The notes under the pieces: generated by a model
What the model saw: the letters and a program-made list of their open reading frames with translations, nothing else
What the model was told of the DNA's origin: nothing
The model's database searches: none
NCBI GenBank assembly: GCA_948471095.1
Contig: CAOKRG010000006.1
Span: forward strand, 1,795-65,794
Reading direction: 5' to 3'
Origin: an uncultured Oscillospiraceae bacterium
Lineage (GTDB): Bacteria; Bacillota; Clostridia; Oscillospirales; Acutalibacteraceae
Length of the DNA stretch: 64,000 nt
Program-made: the position numbers and the translations under genes
In this document: positions 39,361 through 47,350 of the stretch, piece after piece
How the letters are laid out: each line of letters opens with the position of its first letter
How positions within the stretch are numbered: the first letter of the stretch is position 1

Positions 39361-39867
39361 CTACACGAACAGCCCGTTGGTTTCCAGCTCGACGCCCTCG
39401 CCGGTCAGGTCAACGGTATAAGGAGTGATGATATAGGTGCCTGTGGCGACGCGCTTCACCTTGCCGTTGTTGGCATAGGCCACGCCGCTTAAAAAGTCCA
39501 AAATGCGCCTGGACACGTCCTTTTCTGTCTTTTCCAGGTTCAGCACCACCGTGTGCCGCCGCAGCAGCTCGTCGGCAATGGAGCAGACCTCGTTGCCATA
39601 GGCGGTGGGCTTGCACACCACCACCTGCAGCTGGGTCTTTGCGTTGATATTGACCACCTTGTTGTCCGAATAGTCCCGCTCCCGTGGGACAAAGGAAGAG
39701 AAGGAGTAGGAACTCCCCCCCGCGGCGCTTACCGTGTGCCTGGGTTCGTCAATCTGCCGGACGTTGCTCTCCTCCGGCTGCGCCTCCTCTTCCGGATAAT
39801 CCTCATATTCATACTCGTCTTCCGGTGCGCCCCACATCTTATGAATCTTGTCCATCAGCCCTGCCAT
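39361..39867 (-). CDS. sepF: Cell division protein SepF
   Basis: VVLNLE, RRILDFLSGVAYA..G.V. Confidence 0.94.
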   Translation of the reverse strand: MAGLMDKIHKMWGAPEDEYEYEDYPEEEAQPEESNVRQIDEPRHTVSAAGGSSYSFSSFVPRERDYSDNKVVNINAKTQLQVVVCKPTAYGNEVCSIADELLRRHTVVLNLEKTEKDVSRRILDFLSGVAYANNGKVKRVATGTYIITPYTVDLTGEGVELETNGLFV

Positions 39868-40619
39868 ACCGTATTTCCTCCTTGTTCTACCGGCCGCCTA
39901 TATGCCCTGGGTCCAAACAGGGAAGAGCCTATCCGGACCAGGTTCGCGCCGCATTCCACCGCCTCTGGGAAGTCCGACGACATCCCCATGGAAAGGCATT
40001 CCATACTTACATTATCCATGCTTTTCCCCTTTATGTCAACATAATATTGCGCCATACGGAAAAAATAGCGTTTTGCCTCTTCTCTCCTGCTACATATTGG
40101 GGGGATCGCCATCAACCCACGCACCGCCAGGCCGGGCAGCCGGCGGACCTCATCTATGAATTCATAGAGCCCGTCCGGGTCAATGCCGCCCTTGTTCTCT
40201 TCCCGGCCAACGTTTACCTCCACCAGAACATCCATGACGGCGCCGGCCTTTTCCGCCAGCCGGGAGATCTCCCGAGCCAGCTTCACGCTGTCCAAGGACT
40301 GGATGCAGTCCACCCTGCCAGTCAGATACTTTACCTTGTTGGTTTGCAGCTGCCCGATGAACTGGACCCCGCAGCGGCTCCGGTCCAGGGCCTCGTATTT
40401 GTCCAGCAGCTCCTGGACCCGGTTTTCCCCAATCTGGGTCAAGCCCTGGGCGACGCCGTGATTGATCAGCTCCACGGGCACGGTTTTGGTTGCCGCCAGC
40501 AGGGTGATCTCCTCCGGCTTCCGCCCAGACCGCAGGGCCGCTTCCCCAATCTGGTCCAAAATTCGTTTGTAGTTCTCGTCAAAGTCCTTCTTTCGCTCAG
40601 TCAATGATCTTTCCGTCAT
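39855..40619 (-). CDS. yggS: PLP homeostasis protein YggS/YlmE
   Basis: LLAATKT, GENRVQE, IGQLQTNKVK, LSMGMSSD, VRIGSSLFG. Confidence 0.95.
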   Translation of the reverse strand: MTERSLTERKKDFDENYKRILDQIGEAALRSGRKPEEITLLAATKTVPVELINHGVAQGLTQIGENRVQELLDKYEALDRSRCGVQFIGQLQTNKVKYLTGRVDCIQSLDSVKLAREISRLAEKAGAVMDVLVEVNVGREENKGGIDPDGLYEFIDEVRRLPGLAVRGLMAIPPICSRREEAKRYFFRMAQYYVDIKGKSMDNVSMECLSMGMSSDFPEAVECGANLVRIGSSLFGPRAYRRPVEQGGNTVWQG

Positions 40620-41934
40620 ACAGGTCCACTCCTCCCACAACTACTTCGTCATAAAGCCCAATTGTCCGGTCCGTCACCAGATTCTGCTGTTCCTCCTCGC
40701 TCAGCTGATACCTGCACACCGCATAGCCGTTGATGTTTTTCTCGGTCAGCACCTGCACAAAACGCAGCCGCCCGCCATATACCACGTAAACGCCCTTGAC
40801 ATTCTCTCGAACCTTTTCCACCTCGTTGCCGCTTTCATCCGTCTCCGTATAGGGAACGTCGCAGAAGCGAAGGGCCTTTTCATTGACCAGCACGCCCTTG
40901 TAGGTGTGCACGTTGATCTGCACCGCCTCGTTTCGCACCGTGGCGATGTCCTCGTCCATATAGGTGCATTCCAGCACCACGGCGGTAAGGCCGGTTTCCG
41001 GGTCCCGGTTGGTCTTGGATACCACGCGGGCCGGGATGGTCTCCGAACTGGCAAAGGGGATGTCCAGAGTCACATCCTCGACCCCCTCGAACTTCACCAT
41101 GCTGGCGTCGTCCAGGTTGCAGACCAGGTACCACTTGAAATCCAAACATATTTTACCAATGCTGGATAAGGCTCCCTCCCCCGTCTCCTGGCGCAGCAGC
41201 TGTTCCACCTGTGCGGGGGAGATCTCCCGCACAGCCTCCACATTCAGATTGCCCCCCTCGTCCATCACGTCCTCAAAGCCATCGGTAGCCCCAATAAAAT
41301 AACCGGCCCGGGGCGCTTCCAAAGTCCCGATGGGCTGCCCCGCCCGAGCCTTAAGGCCGTCCTGTTCCGCTTTCAGCTCCGCCACCCGCTGGGCGTAGTC
41401 ATCGGCGCTCTCCTCGCCAGCCACCACCTGCTTGCGGCTCAGGGCGGACAGGAGCTCCGCCTTTTGGTTCTGGACCGCCGGGAAATCGTTGCGCTGGGCG
41501 CTGGCGAGTATGCCGCCTAAGGAGCCGTAAATCTGCACGCCGACCGCCGCCGGGGTTGAGGCGTAATAGTCAATGGGCTGGGTCAAATCGGACAGGCTCT
41601 TCATTTCCTGCTCCAGGCGGTCGATCTTATTCCAGGCCGCCGCGTCGCTTTCGCTCTGGAAGATCTGGGCGATCACGCCGCCCTGCGCCACCCGGGCGCC
41701 GTTGGCCACCTGATAGTTAAGCACCCCGCTGTAGTCCTGCCGGACCACCTCCTCGTTGCGGATGGCGAAGCCCTGGGCCTGTAAAGTGTCGGAAATCTCT
41801 CCATAGAGCGCCATTTCAGTCAGGAGGCCGCCATTGGAATCCGCCTGGCGGCTAACCACGAAGAATCCGGCATAAATTAAAATCAGCACCGCAATGCACA
41901 CCATGGCCATGCCCTTCATTTTTTTAAATTCCAA
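40597..41934 (-). CDS. Membrane-anchored HlyD/membrane-fusion-like protein
   Basis: N-terminal TM, lipoyl-like halves (GVLNYQVANGARVAQG / APRAGYF..ATDGFE), coiled coil; TTG start inferred (alternative ATG at 41919); upstream part of listed ORF overlaps miaA. Confidence 0.75.
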   Translation of the reverse strand: MEFKKMKGMAMVCIAVLILIYAGFFVVSRQADSNGGLLTEMALYGEISDTLQAQGFAIRNEEVVRQDYSGVLNYQVANGARVAQGGVIAQIFQSESDAAAWNKIDRLEQEMKSLSDLTQPIDYYASTPAAVGVQIYGSLGGILASAQRNDFPAVQNQKAELLSALSRKQVVAGEESADDYAQRVAELKAEQDGLKARAGQPIGTLEAPRAGYFIGATDGFEDVMDEGGNLNVEAVREISPAQVEQLLRQETGEGALSSIGKICLDFKWYLVCNLDDASMVKFEGVEDVTLDIPFASSETIPARVVSKTNRDPETGLTAVVLECTYMDEDIATVRNEAVQINVHTYKGVLVNEKALRFCDVPYTETDESGNEVEKVRENVKGVYVVYGGRLRFVQVLTEKNINGYAVCRYQLSEEEQQNLVTDRTIGLYDEVVVGGVDLYDGKIID

Positions 41935-42904
41935 CCGTGCCGCCCTCTCTCCGAATGAAATTTTCCTCTCCCAGTACTTTAATGCACTCAGCCAAGGCCG
42001 CTTCCAGGGAGCCCAGTTCGTCCATATAGAGAAACCGGGCCCCAGGTTCCCGGCTGAACCAGGTGATCTGCCGCTTGGCATAACGGCGGCTCTCCCGTTT
42101 GACGTTCTCCACCGCTTCCTCCAAGCTAGCCTCTCCCGCAAAATAGGGAAACAGCTCCTTGTATCCAATGGACTGCGCCGCCGTAGGCAGCTTGGCCGCT
42201 TGCCGGCAGCAGCGGTAGAAGGCCTCTGCCTCGGCCAGCAGGCCCGCTTCCAGCATCTGGTCCACCCGCCGGTTGATGCGCTGGTAAAGCGCCTGCCGGT
42301 CCCGAAGCATTGGGCAGAACAGCACCCAGCGGTAAGGCGACTCCACCTGTTTGGAACGCTCCGCCTGGCGGGAAAAGGGCTCGCCGGAGAGCAGGCAGTA
42401 CTCCAAAGCCCGCAGCACCCTTTTGACGTTGTGGGGGTGAATGTCCTCCGCCGACTGGGGATCCAGCGCCGCCAGCCTGGCATGGAGGGCCTCCGGGCCC
42501 AGCGCTTCCGCCTCCTTGTAGAGGGACTCCCGCAAGGACTCGTCCCGGGCTTCGGGCTGGAACGCGAACCCCCTTAGCAGCGAACGGACGTAAAGCCCCG
42601 TGCCGCCCACCAAAAAAGGCAGCTTCCCGCGTCCGTGTATTCCCTCAATAACCCGGCTGGCCGCTTTCACATAGTCGGAAACGCTGAAGTCCTGGTCCCA
42701 GTCCAAAAACCCAACCAAGTGGTGAGGGACCAGGGCCCGCTCTTCCTCCGTGGGCTGGGCGGTTCCCGTCTCTAGTCCCCGGTAAATTTGCATGGAGTCG
42801 CAGGAGACCACCTCTCCGTCTAAGGCGTGGGCCAGAGCCGCGCCCAAGGCGGATTTTCCAGTCGCGGTGGGGCCGGCAATGGCGATAAGTGGCAGCTTCA
42901 TCAT
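41924..42904 (-). CDS. miaA: tRNA dimethylallyltransferase
   Basis: GPTATGKS, DSMQIYRG, VGGTGLY, SIGYKE, RRYAKRQITW. Confidence 0.97.
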   Translation of the reverse strand: MMKLPLIAIAGPTATGKSALGAALAHALDGEVVSCDSMQIYRGLETGTAQPTEEERALVPHHLVGFLDWDQDFSVSDYVKAASRVIEGIHGRGKLPFLVGGTGLYVRSLLRGFAFQPEARDESLRESLYKEAEALGPEALHARLAALDPQSAEDIHPHNVKRVLRALEYCLLSGEPFSRQAERSKQVESPYRWVLFCPMLRDRQALYQRINRRVDQMLEAGLLAEAEAFYRCCRQAAKLPTAAQSIGYKELFPYFAGEASLEEAVENVKRESRRYAKRQITWFSREPGARFLYMDELGSLEAALAECIKVLGEENFIRREGGTVGI

Positions 42905-44811
42905 ACCCTCCCGAATTGTTTTTCCAGTTCCCGGCGCTTGAGCAGCACATAGACCGGGCGGCCATGGGGGCAGTAGCGGACCTGGGGGTTGCGCTCCAAT
43001 TCCTGGGCCAGAGAGATCAGCTCCTGCCGGCTGGTGCGGTCTCCGGCCTTTATGGCGGCCCGGCAGGCCACATTATGGTAGACCCAGTCCATATGGGCCG
43101 TGGTCAGCTCCGTTTTAAAGCCCGCCAGGTATCCGGCGATTTCCATCAAGGCGCTGGCCGCGTCCTGCCCGTCCAGCAATAGGGGCGCGGCCCGGACCAG
43201 CACCGTGCCTGAGCCAAAATCCGACACCTCGAAGCCCGCTTGGCTCAGCTCCTCCCTATGGGCCAACACCGCCGAGTATTCATTCTGGTCCAAATGGACC
43301 GCCGCCGGCTCCAACAGGGCTTGGGCCTCCCCGCCGCTGCCTCCGGCCTTAAGCCGCTCATAGAGCAGGCGCTCGTGGGCCGCGTGCTTGTCAATGAACA
43401 TCAGCGCGTCCGGACCGTATTCCACAACGATGTAAGTTCCAAAGGCCTCACCCAAAATGCGGGAATGAAGGTCAGGGCGGGCAGGCGGAGGCTCCGGAAC
43501 GCGGGGCGCTTCCTGCTTCGGAGCGGCAGGCGGCGCGGCCTGGGCGGGAGCTTCCGGCATGGGAATGATGGGAGGCTCCAGCTCCTGTAAAGCATCATTG
43601 CTTTCTAGCATTTGGGGCCGGGGCCCCACCTTTTGCGGCGCAGGCTCCAACACGCGCAGAATGGGCTCGGGCAATTCCAGTTCTTGCAGGGCGGGAAGCC
43701 CACCGTCCCGCAAAACCGGGCTGGAATGGGCCGGAGCCGCGAAGGCGGTCTGTTCCTGCTTTTCCAAAACCGGCGCGTAGAGGTTCGCCCTGGGTCCTTT
43801 CAGCTCCATGACCTTTGGCGCGTCTCCTTGATGTAAGGCAGAGCGGGCTCCGTGGTAAACCGCGTCGAAAATGGGCCGTTCATTGACAAACCGCACTTCC
43901 AGCTTGGCCGGATGTACGTTTACGTCCACCGCACCTGGGGCTACCTCCATATGCAAAACGCAGGCGGGAAATTTCCCCACCATGATGGAGCCCTTGTAGG
44001 CCTCCTCCAAAGCCGCCATAGCGGTCCGGCTGCGGATAAACCGGCCGTTGATGAAAAAGTTCTGCATGCTCCGGTTGGGACGGCTGGCGGCAGGCAGGCT
44101 TATAAAGCCATGTACCTTTACATGTTCCAGGGTATACTCCAATGGGATCAGGCCGGAGGTAAACTCCCGCCCATAGACCGCGTACACGGCGGAGCGCAGC
44201 TTGCCGTCGCCTGGGGTATGAAGCTGCTCCTTGCCGTCCCGGATAAACCGGAAGGAGATTTCCGGATGGGACAGGGCCAGTTTGTCCATCACTCCAGCCA
44301 CGGCGTTGCCTTCCGTGGTATCCTTTTTAAGGAATTTCATCCGGGCCGGCGTGTTGAAAAACAGGTCGCGCACCACAATGGTGGCTCCCTGGGGGCAGCC
44401 CGCCTCCATGAGCTGGGGCTCTTCCTCCCCGCCGCAGCAGTAGCGGGTTCCGTTGACGCACCCCTGGGCCCGGGTCAGCAGCTCCACGTGAGCCACGGCT
44501 GAGATGGAGGCCAGGGCCTCCCCCCGAAAGCCCAGGGTGCCGATGGCGTTAAGGTCCTCCTGATTGGCCACCTTGCTGGTGGCGTGCCGGAGGAAGGCCA
44601 CCGGCACATCCTCCGGCAGAATGCCGCAGCCGTTGTCGGAAACCCGCATGTAAGTCACCCCGCCCCTGCGGATCTCCACCGTGACCACCGTAGCGCCAGC
44701 ATCCACGGCGTTCTCTACCAGCTCCTTAACCACCGCCGAAGGACGCTCCACCACCTCGCCGGCGGCAATGAGCTCGGCCACCTGCTTTTCCAGGACCTGA
44801 ATTCTCGGCAT
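42901..44811 (-). CDS. mutL: DNA mismatch repair endonuclease MutL
   Basis: IAAGEVVERP, KELVEN..DAGA, TLGFRGEAL, DKHAAHER, ACR, CPHGRP. Confidence 0.97.
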   Translation of the reverse strand: MPRIQVLEKQVAELIAAGEVVERPSAVVKELVENAVDAGATVVTVEIRRGGVTYMRVSDNGCGILPEDVPVAFLRHATSKVANQEDLNAIGTLGFRGEALASISAVAHVELLTRAQGCVNGTRYCCGGEEEPQLMEAGCPQGATIVVRDLFFNTPARMKFLKKDTTEGNAVAGVMDKLALSHPEISFRFIRDGKEQLHTPGDGKLRSAVYAVYGREFTSGLIPLEYTLEHVKVHGFISLPAASRPNRSMQNFFINGRFIRSRTAMAALEEAYKGSIMVGKFPACVLHMEVAPGAVDVNVHPAKLEVRFVNERPIFDAVYHGARSALHQGDAPKVMELKGPRANLYAPVLEKQEQTAFAAPAHSSPVLRDGGLPALQELELPEPILRVLEPAPQKVGPRPQMLESNDALQELEPPIIPMPEAPAQAAPPAAPKQEAPRVPEPPPARPDLHSRILGEAFGTYIVVEYGPDALMFIDKHAAHERLLYERLKAGGSGGEAQALLEPAAVHLDQNEYSAVLAHREELSQAGFEVSDFGSGTVLVRAAPLLLDGQDAASALMEIAGYLAGFKTELTTAHMDWVYHNVACRAAIKAGDRTSRQELISLAQELERNPQVRYCPHGRPVYVLLKRRELEKQFGRV

Positions 44812-44831
44812 AAGCTTCCCCCTTCCCATTG

Positions 44832-45233
44832 TTACAATTCTTTGCGGAACAGGATTTCCAGCGGCTCGCCCGGCAGAAGCAGCGCGCCGCAGTCGGTGTA
44901 GCCGCGCCTGCGGTAGAAGTGCTGGGCCCGCTCGTTGGCCAGGGTGGAGGTCAAAACCTGCTCGTAACCCAGCAGCTTCATCTCCGTCTCCCAAAAAGCG
45001 GTAAGCTGGCCCCCATAGCCCCGGCCCCGCCGGTCCTCCAGCAAAAACAGCAGATTCATAAACGGCGTATTGTCCCAAAACAAATTGTACCGCAGCCAGC
45101 CCGCGAAGCCTTCGCCATCCTCCAAAAGGATGACCCGCTGGAGCCGGATGCTGGTCCGCAGCTCTTCGGGGGCGATGTGCCGGTCATAGCGGGAGAGGGC
45201 CTCCCAGTCATTCTCGTTGGCATACCGAACCAT
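44832..45233 (-). CDS. GNAT family N-acetyltransferase
   Basis: RRGRGYG acetyl-CoA motif, AQHFYRRRGY; RBS AAGGAG before MVRYAN. Confidence 0.9.
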   Translation of the reverse strand: MVRYANENDWEALSRYDRHIAPEELRTSIRLQRVILLEDGEGFAGWLRYNLFWDNTPFMNLLFLLEDRRGRGYGGQLTAFWETEMKLLGYEQVLTSTLANERAQHFYRRRGYTDCGALLLPGEPLEILFRKEL

Positions 45234-45249
45234 AGCGCTTTCTCCTTGT

Positions 45250-45876
45250 CTATTCTGCCTTTTTCGGCTTCCAGGGCGGCGGGCAGAGCAGCGTGGTACG
45301 GCCCACGTCCGGGAGCACATCATAAACCGAGCAGCCCATACGCTCCTCAAAGCCTTCTTTAATGGCAAAAAAGGCGTTCCAGCGGTCCAGGGTGTTGTCC
45401 CCTATGCCGTACCGCCGGACCACGTCCACCAGGCGCTTCTCCAAAATGCAGAAGCCGTAATCCACTGCCAGCCCGTCGCAGAGCTGGATGAGCCGGTCAT
45501 AGCTATCCGCTTCACAGGAGAGAATGTAGTCTTTGATGAGGCTTTCGTCCGGGCATTCGGGCTCCCGGCCCCACTCCCCGGCCATCAGCGGATAGGAGTG
45601 GGTCATGCAGACGCGGGCCGCTTCGTCCCAGCCCCGCTCCGTGGCATAGCGGTAGCCGGCCACAATATGCCGGGGGATATTGACAACGCCCACCCGCCGG
45701 CCGATGTCGTGCAAAAGCCCCAGCACATGGGCCCTTTCCGGGTCCATACCGGGCACCCTCTCGGCGATATTCCGGGCGGCCAGCCCCACGTTTTCCGAGT
45801 GCTTGGTCCAGGGGCCGGGATTCAGCTGTCCGGCCAGCTCCAGCTCGGCCAGGGCGGTTGTTACATTGGGCAGCAT
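45250..45876 (-). CDS. HD-domain metal-dependent phosphohydrolase
   Basis: KHS..V, GLLHDIGR, ..H..., LIQLCD. Confidence 0.88.
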   Translation of the reverse strand: MLPNVTTALAELELAGQLNPGPWTKHSENVGLAARNIAERVPGMDPERAHVLGLLHDIGRRVGVVNIPRHIVAGYRYATERGWDEAARVCMTHSYPLMAGEWGREPECPDESLIKDYILSCEADSYDRLIQLCDGLAVDYGFCILEKRLVDVVRRYGIGDNTLDRWNAFFAIKEGFEERMGCSVYDVLPDVGRTTLLCPPPWKPKKAE

Positions 45877-45929
45877 TCCAATTCGCCTCGCTTTCTTTCT
45901 AATCGATGTACGGTCTCTTTCCTTTACAG

Positions 45930-46559
45930 CTATTCTGGACCATTTGGGCCGCGTTTTGCAAAGAATTCATCGCAAAATTGGTTCCAGACCACCTGGTATT
46001 CCTGGTGGGAAACCCGCTTTAGGTCATAAGGGGAGTGAACGCCCCGCTTGCGGGCCTCCTCCGCAAAATCCAGGATATAGTCCCCGCTTTGGGTCAAAAA
46101 GGCGGAAACCGTCTCAAATCCCGCGTCCACAGCCACGGCCAGCCGGGTATGGCCATCCAAAGAGATATAGCGTTCTTCCTGCCTCAGCACGGGGACTACA
46201 ACGTCCTCCGGCCTGGAAATAAAACCGCGCACCGCCGCCAGCTTCTCCTGGTCCACATAGAACTGCGAGGGCTGTATATCGGAAAGCTTTACAGGAAAAA
46301 GCTCCACGGGCGGGAACTCTGCCAGCAGCCGGCCTGTTTCCCCGTAAAACCGGCAGATATGCTCCGCGTAAAAGCGGAAGTCCTCGATAAGCTGGGGATA
46401 CCATTCTCGGGCCTCCCCACGGACCATTGCCTCCCGCGCCCCGGTGATCTCCACCTCGCAGGGGACGCCGTTCACCAAAAAGGCCCCGTGCTGGCGGAGC
46501 ACCGCCGGAGAAAAACGCGGGTCATCGTACTCGTTGATCCGTTGGATATCCGGCTCCAT
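45930..46559 (-). CDS. Hypothetical protein with C-terminal ParB/Srx-like domain
   Basis: VKLSDIQPSQ...VPVL...YISLDGHTRLAVA...ETVSA resembles the ParB/Srx GHxR motif. Confidence 0.65.
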   Translation of the reverse strand: MEPDIQRINEYDDPRFSPAVLRQHGAFLVNGVPCEVEITGAREAMVRGEAREWYPQLIEDFRFYAEHICRFYGETGRLLAEFPPVELFPVKLSDIQPSQFYVDQEKLAAVRGFISRPEDVVVPVLRQEERYISLDGHTRLAVAVDAGFETVSAFLTQSGDYILDFAEEARKRGVHSPYDLKRVSHQEYQVVWNQFCDEFFAKRGPNGPE

Positions 46560-46560
46560 A

Positions 46561-47319
46561 TCAAGCCTCCTTCACCGCGCGGGTGGCCAAAAAGCAGGGA
46601 ATATTATGCTCGTGGAAGGTCCCCGCGCCGTTGGTGTCCTCATACAGGTGGGTCAGCCGGAACCCCGCCTCTAACTGGCCCCCAATCTGCTCCTCCATGG
46701 TGTGGGAGAACTGCACCCCGTCGCCGTCCGCCTCCAATTGGCGCATTTGCTCCGGATTTTTCAACGGGTCAAAGGGAAAGACGCTCAGCTCCTCCCGATG
46801 GTCCTCATCCACAAACAGAAAATTGACCCCATTGTCCAGCCCGGAGAGCAGAATGCCGCCCGGGGCCAGCACCCGGAAGCACTCCTTGAAAATAGGCTTG
46901 ACCTCCCGCACATAACAGTTGGAGACCGGGTGGAAGATCAGGTCGAATTCCTCGTCCTTAAAGGGCAGGGGCTTGGTCATGTCGCCCCGAATAATCCGAA
47001 TGTCATACCCTTCCCGTTGGGCTACCATCCGTTCGCTTTCCAGCTGCCGGGGGGAATAGTCGAGCACCGTGCACTCCGCCCCCAAAGCGGCGAAAAGGGG
47101 CATCTGCTGCCCGCCGCCGCTGGCCAGGCCCAGCACCCTTTTTCCCCGGAGCTCCCCAAACCAGTCCCGGGGCACAGCCTTGGTAGGAGTCAAAACCATC
47201 CGCCACCGGCCCTGCAGCGCCTCTTCATACTCTTCGTGGGAAATGGGCTGTCCCCACTCCCAGCCCTCTTCCACCCAGCCGTCGATGGTCCGGGCGTTCA
47301 CATCCTGATAGTTTTCCAT
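46561..47319 (-). CDS. Class I SAM-dependent methyltransferase
   Basis: VLGLASGGGQQ, VLDYS, GDM, FDLI, RVLAPGG. Confidence 0.92.
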   Translation of the reverse strand: MENYQDVNARTIDGWVEEGWEWGQPISHEEYEEALQGRWRMVLTPTKAVPRDWFGELRGKRVLGLASGGGQQMPLFAALGAECTVLDYSPRQLESERMVAQREGYDIRIIRGDMTKPLPFKDEEFDLIFHPVSNCYVREVKPIFKECFRVLAPGGILLSGLDNGVNFLFVDEDHREELSVFPFDPLKNPEQMRQLEADGDGVQFSHTMEEQIGGQLEAGFRLTHLYEDTNGAGTFHEHNIPCFLATRAVKEA

Positions 47320-47350
47320 ATGCCCTGCCTTTCCTTCCTCATTTTGGAAA

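Noticed and set aside
41935-42483. N-terminal extension of the 628-aa ORF suggesting a fusion
   Set aside because: Out-of-frame overlap with miaA; real start is near 41934/41919.
44812-45078. Extended MutL N-terminus
   Set aside because: Overlaps the GNAT gene; MutL homology begins at MPRIQVL (44811).
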